From the NCBI GenBank assembly GCA_045652625.1, contig JAZRUR010000007.1:10037-74036 (forward strand): DNA of 64,000 bases. Reading direction: 5' to 3'. This DNA is from Eubacteriales bacterium. GTDB taxonomy: Bacteria; Bacillota; Clostridia; Oscillospirales; CAG-382. Under the pieces are notes generated by a model. That model was not told where the DNA came from. It saw nothing but the letters and a program-made list of their open reading frames with translations, and searched no databases. Numbering within the stretch: position 1 is the first letter of the stretch; each line of letters starts with the position of its first letter. Of this stretch, positions 9,411 through 19,516 are shown in pieces. Position numbers and translations under genes: made by a program.

Positions 9411-9438
9411 ATAAGGCAGGGAGTTAACCCTGCCTTAT
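9411..9438 (-). terminator. hairpin after hup
   Basis: 11-bp stem ATAAGGCAGGG/CCCTGCCTTAT with a 6-nt loop. The T-run on the minus strand is displaced by about 7 nt, so strength is uncertain. Confidence 0.5.
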
Positions 9439-9450
9439 TATATACAAATC

Positions 9451-9726
9451 TTATTTGTTAACAGCGTCTTTAAGGTCTTTACCTGCAACAAATGCGGGAG
9501 CCTTAGAAGCAGGGATAGTGATGGTTTCTTTGGTCTTGGGGTTACGGCCAACTCTTTCTGCTCTTTCCTTAACCTTGAAAGAACCAAATCCTGCGATTTG
9601 AACCTTGCCGCCGGTAGCGAGTTCGGTTTCGATAGCCTTAAACATTGCATTTACTGCTGCTTCTGCATCTTTCTTTTTAAGGTTAGTGTTATTTGCTACG
9701 AATTCTACGAGAGTGGACTTGTTCAT
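9451..9726 (-). CDS. hup: DNA-binding protein HU
   Basis: 91 aa. [34 protein letters not shown] is a canonical HU arm. Confidence 0.96.
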   Translation of the reverse strand: MNKSTLVEFVANNTNLKKKDAEAAVNAMFKAIETELATGGKVQIAGFGSFKVKERAERVGRNPKTKETITIPASKAPAFVAGKDLKDAVNK

Positions 9727-9764
9727 AATTATAATTTCCTTTCAAATATATTGTATTCGATGAC

Positions 9765-9793
9765 ATTATATCACCATTCTTCCCTATTCGCAA
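9765..9793 (-). promoter_or_regulatory. sigma-A-type promoter of hup
   Basis: Minus strand reads TTGCGA (9793-9788), 17 nt, TATAAT (9770-9765), with an extended TGn. Confidence 0.5.
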
Positions 9794-9844
9794 GGGTTTT
9801 TTACACATTTTCGCAAAAAACCATCTAATTATGACGATTTTTTA

Positions 9845-10654
9845 TCAATTTTTCTTTGATTCCTGCCAAAATCGTTCTTTTTCTTCGCGTGTTGCCTCGT
9901 TTAACGTCTTTCCAGAAGCGTTACAAAGCGTTTCCACACGCTCAAAACGCGACAAAAACTTCTCGTTTGCATTATATAACGCCTGTTCCGCATCTACTCC
10001 TGCGAGTCTTGCGGCATTGACGACCGAAAGCAAGAGGTCGCCGAATTCTTCCTCGACCTGTTCTTTTGTGCCGTTTGAAATCGCTTCGTTCACCTCATGT
10101 GCTTCTTCAAACACTTTGGTCATCGCCTCGGGTGCGTCATCAAAATCGAACCCCATTTTCCGCGCTTTCTTGCCCAGTTTGTCGGCACGCATAAGCGCAG
10201 GAAGCGACGGCGTTATCGAACGTAATACTTCGGTGTCGCTCTGTTGTTTTTTTGTTTCGCGCTTGATTTTATCCCAATTCGCCAAAACATTATCTGTTCC
10301 GCTTACGGTAACATCGCCGAAAACGTGAGGATGACGGACAATAAGTTTTTTGCATATATCGTTGCAAACTTCGGATATACCGAATTTGTCCTCTGACTCT
10401 GCGATATCGGCATGAAAAACCACCTGAAGAAGTACGTCGCCCAATTCTTCGCGCATCATCTCGGCATCGTCTTTATCAATGCCCTCGATAAGTTCGTACG
10501 TTTCTTCCAAAAGGTCGCGGCGGATACTCTTATGTGTCTGCTCTGCATCCCAAGGACATCCGTTGGGAGCGCGAAGTATTTTTATAATACTCACAAGGTC
10601 GTCAAATGTATATTCGTTTTTATTCAAAAGTTCTTCTTTTGTCATATATATCAA
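9845..10654 (-). CDS. mazG: nucleoside triphosphate pyrophosphohydrolase MazG
   Basis: 269 aa with tandem MazG domains (LLEETYELIEGI, EEFGDLLLSVVNAARL). Occupies the yabN position. Confidence 0.92.
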   Translation of the reverse strand: MIYMTKEELLNKNEYTFDDLVSIIKILRAPNGCPWDAEQTHKSIRRDLLEETYELIEGIDKDDAEMMREELGDVLLQVVFHADIAESEDKFGISEVCNDICKKLIVRHPHVFGDVTVSGTDNVLANWDKIKRETKKQQSDTEVLRSITPSLPALMRADKLGKKARKMGFDFDDAPEAMTKVFEEAHEVNEAISNGTKEQVEEEFGDLLLSVVNAARLAGVDAEQALYNANEKFLSRFERVETLCNASGKTLNEATREEKERFWQESKKN

Positions 10655-12376
10655 TCATTCCTCGATTTTCATATCTGCCTTAAGCCAATTGCGTCTGATC
10701 AATATAGCGGCAAGTTTATTACCCATAGGCAACAACCTTACCTCGTCCTCTTTGATTGCGCGGAACACAAGCACAGTAACGGCATAAGTGATAACCAACG
10801 CTATACCCGAAACCAGCAAAATTGCAAACGATGCAATTCTTGTATCGGTCGAGCCTCCGACAATCGAAGCCCACAGCGATTTTGCGCCGAGATACGCGCC
10901 GTATGTAACTGCAGCGGAAATAACTCCGCAAAGCAACGGTCGTGCAAACATACCGCTGAGTTTTAGTTTTACGCCGCAATACTTCTGCAGAAAATGTATA
11001 TCAATAAGCATTACTATCAAATAACAGATCACCGAACTTAGCGGTGCGCCGTAGATTCCTAAAGGGCTGTAAAGCAATGCAATCTCCGAAACAATAAGCA
11101 CGGCTATACCTATAAGCACCGCAACAAACGGAAGATGCGGTTTTCCGTACGCGTTCAATAGCGAGTTGCAGGTAGAAACTATCGAAATAAAGAACACAGC
11201 AAACGCAAGTATAGCAAGTGAAACCGATGCCGCGTCCAAAAGCACAAGCCCGTTTCCGTCTGCCATAAGCATTGATTCCGACCATTTATCTGCGCCGTAA
11301 AGCAACGCGATACAATGTCTGCCAGTCACGAGCAAAAATACACCGCAAGGAACAGCAATTATTCCCGAAATTCTTATCGCCTGTTCGGTAAGTTGAGCCG
11401 CACGGCGGTTTTTCTTCACCGAAAGCGCACCCGAAATAGCAGGTAATATGCTTGTCGCTATCGGGAACACAAGTGTTGCGGGTAAAAGGTCGTATATCGG
11501 AACAGAAAGTCCTGTATATGCAGAAAACAGTTTTTCTGCCGCCGACATACTCTCGCCCGAATCGACAAGACAGTTTACAATTATAAGTGTATCAAGAAAT
11601 TGTGAAAAATACAAAGCCGCCGCCGTAAGTGTAACGGGAAGCGCAACAAGAACAATTAACTTTAACAGTTTATTATCGCTTTCCAAATCACCATCGGTAT
11701 CGTTCGGTTTGCTTTTTTTGGAAAATTTACGGTAAATAAGTATATATACAGTAGCGAAAAACGTACCTACCGTTACGCCGCTGATGGCACATGCCGCCTG
11801 AATCGCAACACTCGCCCCCATATTCGCGGCATACATCACCGCGCCCAAACCTACCGTGAGTTTAAAAAACGCTTCGATAAACTGAGAAATCGCGGTAGGA
11901 TACATATTTCTAAGTCCCTGAAAATATCCGCGTACAGCCGCGCAAACACAGATAAAGAACAGCGACGGTGCGATTATCCGCATAGCCAATGCGCTATCGG
12001 CATGACCTGTCATATTGGCAATGTCGGGCGCAAATATAACGAGAAGTGTTGCAAAAACAAACCCGATAACGCCAAAAACGAGCATTGCAAGGATCGCTAT
12101 ACGTTTCGCCTCTTTGCCTCTGCCCTTTTCATTACTCGCCGCAACAAGTTTACTTACCGCAACAGGTAATCCGCTTGTGCTTAACATAAACAGCATGGCG
12201 TATATAGAATAGGCGGCAGTGAAGATACCGATACCGTCTTTTAATATGTTCGTAAGCGGTATTTTGAATACCACCCCGATTATTTTTACCGCAAAACTTG
12301 CTACTGTAAGTATTACCGCTTCACGGAGAAAACTTCTGCCTCTTTCGGCAGAAGTATTTTTAACTTCTTCATTCAT
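10655..12376 (-). CDS. MOP-superfamily flippase (YabM/SpoVB/MurJ-like)
   Basis: 573 aa, about 14 TM helices. The N-terminus FLREAVILTVASFAVKIIGVVFKIPLTNIL is typical of polysaccharide-biosynthesis/SpoVB proteins, and the gene sits in the yabM position upstream of mazG. Confidence 0.85.
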   Translation of the reverse strand: MNEEVKNTSAERGRSFLREAVILTVASFAVKIIGVVFKIPLTNILKDGIGIFTAAYSIYAMLFMLSTSGLPVAVSKLVAASNEKGRGKEAKRIAILAMLVFGVIGFVFATLLVIFAPDIANMTGHADSALAMRIIAPSLFFICVCAAVRGYFQGLRNMYPTAISQFIEAFFKLTVGLGAVMYAANMGASVAIQAACAISGVTVGTFFATVYILIYRKFSKKSKPNDTDGDLESDNKLLKLIVLVALPVTLTAAALYFSQFLDTLIIVNCLVDSGESMSAAEKLFSAYTGLSVPIYDLLPATLVFPIATSILPAISGALSVKKNRRAAQLTEQAIRISGIIAVPCGVFLLVTGRHCIALLYGADKWSESMLMADGNGLVLLDAASVSLAILAFAVFFISIVSTCNSLLNAYGKPHLPFVAVLIGIAVLIVSEIALLYSPLGIYGAPLSSVICYLIVMLIDIHFLQKYCGVKLKLSGMFARPLLCGVISAAVTYGAYLGAKSLWASIVGGSTDTRIASFAILLVSGIALVITYAVTVLVFRAIKEDEVRLLPMGNKLAAILIRRNWLKADMKIEE

Positions 12377-12382
12377 TGTAAA

Positions 12383-13234
12383 TTAAATAAACTCCCTGAG
12401 CAACGAATTTTCGGGAATATAGTCATCACTTATCTGAGGGACTCTCTCAAGAATCTCGATAAGCGAGCGGGCGTTTTCATAATGAGTGCTATCTGATTTT
12501 ACGGTTTTAAGCAGACGGATAGCATCGTCATTAAGAATGCCGCGTTCGTACGGGAAAAAGGTATTTATCGTCACGTCCGCATATTTACGGAACGGTTCTA
12601 TAGACGCATACTCGTTTGATTTAACGTTATCCCAAAGGTCATAGGTATGCTCTGCACTTGCATTACGGTGACGCGAATCGCGAACCATGCGACGCGCAAA
12701 ACGGCAATCGGCGTTATCTCCCGCATCGGCATAAAGGTAGATACGGTATATCGCGCTCTCGTCGGGTGCTTCACGGAAAAGTTGAAGATTAAGCGCGTGA
12801 AGTCCCTCTATAAGAACAACATCGCCCTCGTTGAGTTTGATGCGTCGATAATCATCGGTACGTGCACCAACCTTAAAATCGTACATCGGAATAGGCGTTT
12901 CTTTTCCTGCAAGAAGATCGGCAAACGTATTGCCTATCATATCAACACGAAGACTGTTTATTGATTCGATATCACGTGTGCCGTCGGGCAGATAAACGCT
13001 CTCGTCAAGATTGCGATAATAATCGTCAAGCGAAATGGTATGCGCCATTCTTCCCGATGCGTTTATAAGTTCGGACAGTTTGCGCGTAGTAGTAGTCTTA
13101 CCTGCGCACGAACCGCCTGCAATAAGCACAAGTTTTATGCCAACGTCTCTTACGATTCGTTCGGCTATGGCATTAATAGTCGTTTCGTAATGAAGTTCGT
13201 CATTACGAATCTGTTCTAAAATCTTTTCGTTCAA
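12383..13234 (-). CDS. uridine kinase/phosphoribulokinase-family P-loop kinase
   Basis: 283 aa with P-loop IAGGSCAGKTTT and a following SLDDYY motif. Substrate not assignable. Confidence 0.7.
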   Translation of the reverse strand: MNEKILEQIRNDELHYETTINAIAERIVRDVGIKLVLIAGGSCAGKTTTTRKLSELINASGRMAHTISLDDYYRNLDESVYLPDGTRDIESINSLRVDMIGNTFADLLAGKETPIPMYDFKVGARTDDYRRIKLNEGDVVLIEGLHALNLQLFREAPDESAIYRIYLYADAGDNADCRFARRMVRDSRHRNASAEHTYDLWDNVKSNEYASIEPFRKYADVTINTFFPYERGILNDDAIRLLKTVKSDSTHYENARSLIEILERVPQISDDYIPENSLLREFI

Positions 13235-14730
13235 AGAATCTCATCCTTTCGGTATTTTGAGAAAAAAGCCTCGGCTTCGTCAAACCCCAACCCCTTATCC
13301 TCACGCAGATATTCAAAAGGATATTTAGGAAATGCATGACGCAAAATCTCGTCACGGTTCGGGCTGACAAGTTTGGTTATAGACCCTGCTCCGCATGCGA
13401 ATACGGTGGAGTGTTCCTCCATCATGAGTACATTATAAAGGTTTTCCTTATTCGGCAAAGTATATCCGGTATTTTCTGCATTTCCGACGGTATTTTTCTG
13501 TCGGTAAAGATAATAAGGTTTATATCCCGATTGACCCAACCTTGTACGGGCGTATTCGACCGATGCACGTGCGAAATCGCCTTCGGGATCGTAATAACCG
13601 TCGCCTACGAACCGAATGTTGGCAGCGTTCTTAATAGAAAGCGTATGAACGGTTATGTTCGTAAAGCCTAAACCTATAACGTCTTCTATACTCTGTCTGA
13701 AACTTACTTCGGTATCACCGGGAAGTCCTGCAATAAGGTCTGCATTAACCGAATCGAACCCGATATTCATAGCAAGTTCTGCTGCATCAAAAAACTGCTT
13801 TGACGTATGTTTTCTTCCTATTTCATTAAGGACATAATCGCTTGTCGTTTGAGGATTGATACTTATACGTTTTACGCCGTTTGATTTTACCGCCTGCAAT
13901 TTTTCGGCAGTGATCGTATCGGGTCTGCCTGCTTCAAAAGTATATTCGGTATTATCATTAATGTCCACACTGCTGTTTATACAGCCGAGCAGACGGTTTA
14001 TTTGAAATTCATCAAGTATCGACGGTGTACCGCCGCCGATATATACAGCGCGCAAACGCATACCCAAGCGTCTTATCATATCGCCTGTATCGCGAATATC
14101 ACGCATGAGTTTTTCGAGGTATTCGGGAATAAGAGCGAACAGTTTCGCATTACTGTATGAAACAAAACTGCAATAATCGCACCTTGTAGGACAAAACGGG
14201 ATCGATACGTACATACCGCAATCATTGTCCCTGACATCGCTAAGCATTTTTTGCTGTATTAATGCGGTTTCGACCGAAAGTGTCGATTTTTCGTTTGACA
14301 CATTATAGTCGCGGCTGAAAAGCGTAATAACTTGTTCTGCCGTGTATCCTCTATCCAGATAATACTTTGCCCTCTTTACAGGGCGAAGTCCCGTTATATA
14401 GCCCCAAGGAAGTCCAAACCCGAAAAGTTTGCTTCCTGCTTCCAAAAACGCTTTTCCGAGCGCATTCATAGCATAAAACTCGTCATTCATAGGGATAGAC
14501 GGTGTGTATCCGCCCGAAAAACAACCTTCTGCCTGTTTATCGCCCGAAGAAAGGATTACGCGTGAAACAAATATATGTTGTTCCCTATCGCTTTCTTCAA
14601 GATAAAAATATGCCGAATTTTCGCTCGTATCGTTCTGCTTAAACTTCTCACCCGGAAAATAAAGCAGACAAAGTGTTTGAAAATAATAATCGTTCAGATA
14701 ACCTGTACGGTTATCTATAACTAATTTCAT
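13231..14730 (-). CDS. hemZ: HemN-family radical SAM protein (HemZ-like coproporphyrinogen dehydrogenase homolog)
   Basis: 499 aa with CPTRCDYCSF (CxxxCxxC) and the GGGTPS motif of the HemN family. Confidence 0.8.
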   Translation of the reverse strand: MKLVIDNRTGYLNDYYFQTLCLLYFPGEKFKQNDTSENSAYFYLEESDREQHIFVSRVILSSGDKQAEGCFSGGYTPSIPMNDEFYAMNALGKAFLEAGSKLFGFGLPWGYITGLRPVKRAKYYLDRGYTAEQVITLFSRDYNVSNEKSTLSVETALIQQKMLSDVRDNDCGMYVSIPFCPTRCDYCSFVSYSNAKLFALIPEYLEKLMRDIRDTGDMIRRLGMRLRAVYIGGGTPSILDEFQINRLLGCINSSVDINDNTEYTFEAGRPDTITAEKLQAVKSNGVKRISINPQTTSDYVLNEIGRKHTSKQFFDAAELAMNIGFDSVNADLIAGLPGDTEVSFRQSIEDVIGLGFTNITVHTLSIKNAANIRFVGDGYYDPEGDFARASVEYARTRLGQSGYKPYYLYRQKNTVGNAENTGYTLPNKENLYNVLMMEEHSTVFACGAGSITKLVSPNRDEILRHAFPKYPFEYLREDKGLGFDEAEAFFSKYRKDEIL

Positions 14731-15176
14731 TTACGAAACTCCCGTGTATCTATTATAACATTTATAGGTCCGTCGTTCTGCACACTTATATCCATGTGTG
14801 CGCCGAAAACACCCGTTACGGTAGGAAGAACCTTACCTATTTCTGCGGCAAGAGAATCAAACATACGCTTTCCCTCGTCATATTTTGCGGCATGGGTGCA
14901 ATCGGGACGGAAACCGCGAGTCACTCTACCCGCAAGTACAAAATTGGAAATAAGCATAACACTTCCGCCGACAGCAGACGCATTAAGCGAGAGTTTACCT
15001 GCTTCATCGCGAAAAACACGCAAACCCGAAATCTTATTTGCCATTTTTGCCATATCCTCATCGGTATCGTCGTCAAAAACACCGATATAGGCAACAAGAC
15101 CTTGCCCGATTTTGGAAACAACCTTGCCGTCCACAACGCATTCGGCGTTATGGACACGCTGTACTACTGCTCTCAT
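14727..15176 (-). CDS. dtd: D-aminoacyl-tRNA deacylase
   Basis: 149 aa, MRAVVQRV... and SNFVLAG motifs. Sits in relA-dtd synteny. Confidence 0.95.
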   Translation of the reverse strand: MRAVVQRVHNAECVVDGKVVSKIGQGLVAYIGVFDDDTDEDMAKMANKISGLRVFRDEAGKLSLNASAVGGSVMLISNFVLAGRVTRGFRPDCTHAAKYDEGKRMFDSLAAEIGKVLPTVTGVFGAHMDISVQNDGPINVIIDTREFRK

Positions 15177-17377
15177 ATAGTTCCTCTCGAAACATCGCGT
15201 ACACCTTTAATGCGATGCAATCCGTTGATAATATTGCGCAAATGATCAACGCCGCTACACTTGATACCGACCTGAATGATCATTTCGCCCGCATTTTCAC
15301 GCGTAGCGATCGAAGTTACTGCGACCTTCATATCGGTAAGTGCCAACGTTATATCGGCAATAAGGTGAGGCGAATACTCCGCAATAATATTCAATCCCGC
15401 TTCGAAACTGCCTATTGTCTGTTTATTGAGTTTTTCCGACCAAGAAGCCACGACCCAACGGTCTTTACTGTTTGGATCGGAAAGACCTGCCTGTGCATTA
15501 ACACAATCGTATTTATGGATAGAAACGCCATAACCGCGTGTAATAAATCCGATAATATTATCACCGGGAAGCGGATTGCAGCATTTTGCGAACTTAACGG
15601 TACAACCCTCAACACTATCCACAATAACGCTCTCGGCGTTGGTGCGAGAATTCTTCTCATGACGCGTCGACTTAATCAAATCGGCGGGAGTCGGGGCTGC
15701 AGTTTCGGTTTGAGGCGAAACCACGCGCATAAACTCCTCGCGAAGTTTGACAGCAATTTTCGACACAGAAAGACCGCCGTGGCCGATATTGTTATAAAGG
15801 TCATCAACATCGGGAAGCGACAAACGGTTTGCGAGATTTTTCATTATCTCGTTCTTCTGCGTTTCGGTATACTGTCTGCCGTAACGCTTTATTTCGCGTT
15901 CGAGTTCGGTTTTACCAACTACGATATTCTCGGAACGGCGTTCTTTTTTGAAGAACTGTTTTATCTTGTTTCTTGCTTCGCCCGAACGTACAATTTTAAG
16001 CCAATCGCGCGACGGTCCTTTAGACGAAGCACTCGTTAAGATCTCTACAATCTGACCTGTTTCAAGAATCGTATCAATCGGTACTATACTGCCGTTAACC
16101 TTTGCGCCGACCATTTTATTGCCGACAGCCGAGTGAATAGCGTAGGCAAAATCTATAGGCGTACTGTTATTGGGCAGGTTGACAACGTCACCGCGGGGTG
16201 TGAACACAAATATTTCGTCTTCAAAAAGGTCTATCTTAAGAGGACGGAAGAATTCATCGGGGTCGTCGGCATCTTTTTCGGTTTCGATAAGAGTACGGAT
16301 CCACTGCAATTTCGCATCAATGTCTGCTTTTGCCTGTTCGCCCGATTTATATTTCCAATGCGCAGCGATACCGTATTCGGCAACGCGGTGCATTTCCCAT
16401 GTTCTTATCTGTACTTCAAAAGGAATACCGTTCTTGCCGATAACCGTTGTATGAAGCGAACGGTACATATTCGGCTTAGGTGTAGAAATATAGTCCTTGA
16501 ATCTGCCCGGAATAGAATTGAACTGCTCGTGAATAATACCCAATGCGGTATAGCAATCCAATTCGGTATCCACTATTATACGCAGCGCATAAAAATCGTA
16601 TATCTCATCAAACTGTTTGCTCTGAGTATACATCTTTTTATAAATGCTGTAAATTGTCTTTACTCTTTCTTGCAGGGTAAATTTAACGCCGTACGACTTT
16701 AAACTTTCCTCCACTTTTTCAACCGCGCTGTCAAGAAAATTCTTATTTTCACCGTAACGTTTATTTATCTCATCCGAAACTTCCTGATATCCTATCGGGT
16801 CGAGATAATAAAGCGCCAACGTTTCAAGTTCCTGCTTTATCTTTTGGATACCGAGTCTATGCGCAAGAGGCGCATAAACGTGCATCGTTTCAAGCGCTAT
16901 TGAACGTTGTTTTTCGGGTGTGCGCACGTCAAGAGTACGCATGTTATGCAATCTATCGCAAAGTTTTACGAAAATAACGCGAATGTCCTTGCTCATCGCA
17001 AGGAACATTTTACGCAAATTCTCTATACTCTCGTCTTGCTTGGTTTCAAAAGGAATATGAACGAGTTTGGTTACACCGTCAACTATATCGGCAACATCGG
17101 CGCCGAATTCCTTTCGGATAAGTGCAAGGTCGATCTTATCCGAGCAATCCTCCACCGTGTCGTGCAAAAACGCCGCGCAGATCGAATCGGTGTCAAGTTG
17201 AAGATTTAAAACTTCTTCTGCTACCGAAAGCGGATGGACAATATAGTCCTCGCCCGAGATACGCTTTTGCCCCTCATGCAACTTATCGGCATATCCGTAT
17301 GCTTTATATATTTTATCGTAATCGTAACTGCCTGCCTCTTTTACCCGCGCAAACAGTATTTCGGCTTGTTTAAGCAT
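15173..17377 (-). CDS. relA: bifunctional (p)ppGpp synthetase/hydrolase RelA/SpoT (Rel)
   Basis: 734 aa. HD hydrolase motif (HDTVED), synthetase motif (RFKDYISTPKPNMYRSLHTTV), and TGS and ACT regions. Confidence 0.96.
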   Translation of the reverse strand: MLKQAEILFARVKEAGSYDYDKIYKAYGYADKLHEGQKRISGEDYIVHPLSVAEEVLNLQLDTDSICAAFLHDTVEDCSDKIDLALIRKEFGADVADIVDGVTKLVHIPFETKQDESIENLRKMFLAMSKDIRVIFVKLCDRLHNMRTLDVRTPEKQRSIALETMHVYAPLAHRLGIQKIKQELETLALYYLDPIGYQEVSDEINKRYGENKNFLDSAVEKVEESLKSYGVKFTLQERVKTIYSIYKKMYTQSKQFDEIYDFYALRIIVDTELDCYTALGIIHEQFNSIPGRFKDYISTPKPNMYRSLHTTVIGKNGIPFEVQIRTWEMHRVAEYGIAAHWKYKSGEQAKADIDAKLQWIRTLIETEKDADDPDEFFRPLKIDLFEDEIFVFTPRGDVVNLPNNSTPIDFAYAIHSAVGNKMVGAKVNGSIVPIDTILETGQIVEILTSASSKGPSRDWLKIVRSGEARNKIKQFFKKERRSENIVVGKTELEREIKRYGRQYTETQKNEIMKNLANRLSLPDVDDLYNNIGHGGLSVSKIAVKLREEFMRVVSPQTETAAPTPADLIKSTRHEKNSRTNAESVIVDSVEGCTVKFAKCCNPLPGDNIIGFITRGYGVSIHKYDCVNAQAGLSDPNSKDRWVVASWSEKLNKQTIGSFEAGLNIIAEYSPHLIADITLALTDMKVAVTSIATRENAGEMIIQVGIKCSGVDHLRNIINGLHRIKGVRDVSRGTI

Positions 17378-17382
17378 TGTTT

Positions 17383-19476
17383 TTACCCTTGCCTCCCCGC
17401 GCGTATTGCACGGAGAAGAGGCGATTCATCAATATTTATTTTACCCGAAGAAGGTATCATCTTTAAAAATGCAGTATTGCCTCCCTCGCGGTATGTAAGC
17501 GACAAAAGATTTTGCTCACGTAAGACCTCGAGAATTATACGGAACTTGCAAGGCGTGACCGAAATATCGAAATCACGCTCGAGTATTCTGACCGCAGAGG
17601 TCAACGAAATACATCTGCCTTCATGTCCCGATTCGCGGCGGACATATCGGAAAATATTTCGGAAATCCGAAAGGTCGGGAATATCGTTTTCTGCGCCCTC
17701 ATAGTTATCCCCTGCAACAAGCATTTCAAAATGAGAATTGCAAAGAGCAACATTGTTTTGCTCATCACGCGACAACTTTATTTCCTTGACAAACAACTGA
17801 GGTGCGCGAGAACCCATATATTCATTCATATCGACGGTAAATACAACGTCACATATATCACCGTCGCAATAATCGAAACTGTCGAACTGCATACCGAAAT
17901 ACACCGCATTAAGCGAATGGCTCTTACCCTTTTCGGTGCCGCTTATACGGAATCTGACATGTTTGCCTTGCGACAACGGAATAATATCATGAAGCGTTAC
18001 ATCGCGCATAACAAACACAGGTTGAGGGTTCGAAAGACCAAACGGTTCAAGACGTAAAATTTCGTCTACGCCCTTTTCGGTGAGGTCAGAGAATTTCGCC
18101 TCGCATTCTATTTCCAAAGGAACTGCACAGTTACCGCTATCAAGCAACGGTTCGGCATATTCGTTTATCTTTTGGCGGAATTCGTCGATTTTCGACCGTT
18201 CTATCGAAAGTCCTGCCGCAAGTTCGTGTCCGCCGTATTCTACAAGAAGTCCGCCACAGGCAGAAAGCGCATCCATAAGCGAAAATCCTTTTATACTTCT
18301 GCCCGAACCCTTTGCGGTATCGCCGTCAAGCGAAAACAAAATACACGGACGCGAGTAACGCTCAGCAAGTTTCGAAGCCACTACACCGATAACACCCTGA
18401 TGCCAGTCGTCATAAGCAAGTACAAGGAAACGGTCTTCTTTATGCGATTGTTCGATAAGTTCAACCGCCTGTTCGTATATTTTTTGCTCGGTTGCCTGAC
18501 GGAGTTTGTTTATCTCGCAAAGTTCCTCGGCAATAACATCGGCTTCGTTAGGATCTTCGGTAAGCAGAAGTTCAACTGCACGGGATGCGAATGCTATTCT
18601 ACCCGCCGCATTGATACGGGGTGCAAGAACATATCCGACCGTCGCAGAAGTTATCTTCTTTACTTTTTTGCCGTATTTAACTATACCTGCGCGACGCATA
18701 AGCGCAAGTAATCCCAGATTATCGGTTTCGGCAAGTTTTTGCAAACCTATGCCGATTATACGTCTGTTTTCGCCTATTATCGGCATAACATCGGCAACGG
18801 TGCCGACGGCAATTATATCCGAATAAAGTTCAAGTATTCTTTCGGTACTTCCTTCAAGTGCGCAAAGCAATTTAAATACAACGCCCACCCCTGCAAGATT
18901 GCGGAAAGGATATTCGCTGTCCTCACGGTGAGGATTTACGATTGCCACGGCATCGGGGAGAGTTTCGCGGCAGGAATGGTGATCGGTTATGATCATATCT
19001 ATTCCTATGCTCTTAGCATACTCCGCTTCCGCCACAGCGGTTACACCCGTATCAACGGTAATTATCAGGTCAACTCTGCCTTTCATCTTATCGATAACAG
19101 GCTGACTTAAACCGTAACCCTCGGATATACGTTCAGGGATAAAATATTCGCATTCAACCCCACAGGAAGTAAGATAGAGATAGAGCATGACTGTACTTGT
19201 AACGCCGTCAACATCGTAGTCGCCGTATATACATACGCGCTGTTTCTTATCTATTGCCTGTAATATACGTTCGACCGCCTTGTCCATATCTTTAAGAAGG
19301 AACGGGTCATACATGGGAATAGAATCCTTGTTGAGAAAAGTTTCTATTTCTTCTTTCTCCAACAGACCGCGATTAATTAATATTTTTGCAGTAAGCGGCA
19401 ACAAATTACATTCTTTCGCAACTTTTTCGCAAAGCGCATCATCTATTTCGCTTATCTGCCATTCGCGTTTTGTCAT
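17383..19476 (-). CDS. recJ: single-stranded-DNA-specific exonuclease RecJ
   Basis: 697 aa with DHH motifs (IYGDYDVDG, ITVDTG, ITDHH) and DHHA1 (GGHELAAG). Confidence 0.93.
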   Translation of the reverse strand: MTKREWQISEIDDALCEKVAKECNLLPLTAKILINRGLLEKEEIETFLNKDSIPMYDPFLLKDMDKAVERILQAIDKKQRVCIYGDYDVDGVTSTVMLYLYLTSCGVECEYFIPERISEGYGLSQPVIDKMKGRVDLIITVDTGVTAVAEAEYAKSIGIDMIITDHHSCRETLPDAVAIVNPHREDSEYPFRNLAGVGVVFKLLCALEGSTERILELYSDIIAVGTVADVMPIIGENRRIIGIGLQKLAETDNLGLLALMRRAGIVKYGKKVKKITSATVGYVLAPRINAAGRIAFASRAVELLLTEDPNEADVIAEELCEINKLRQATEQKIYEQAVELIEQSHKEDRFLVLAYDDWHQGVIGVVASKLAERYSRPCILFSLDGDTAKGSGRSIKGFSLMDALSACGGLLVEYGGHELAAGLSIERSKIDEFRQKINEYAEPLLDSGNCAVPLEIECEAKFSDLTEKGVDEILRLEPFGLSNPQPVFVMRDVTLHDIIPLSQGKHVRFRISGTEKGKSHSLNAVYFGMQFDSFDYCDGDICDVVFTVDMNEYMGSRAPQLFVKEIKLSRDEQNNVALCNSHFEMLVAGDNYEGAENDIPDLSDFRNIFRYVRRESGHEGRCISLTSAVRILERDFDISVTPCKFRIILEVLREQNLLSLTYREGGNTAFLKMIPSSGKINIDESPLLRAIRAGRQG

Positions 19477-19516
19477 GTGCTCACCTCTTTCTATAAAACC
19501 GGATATTATCTATCAA

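Noticed and set aside
15038-16039. A 333-aa plus-strand ORF antisense to dtd/relA.
   Set aside because: It is in the codon-aligned antisense frame of relA, spans the dtd-relA junction, and has no RBS and no domain signature.
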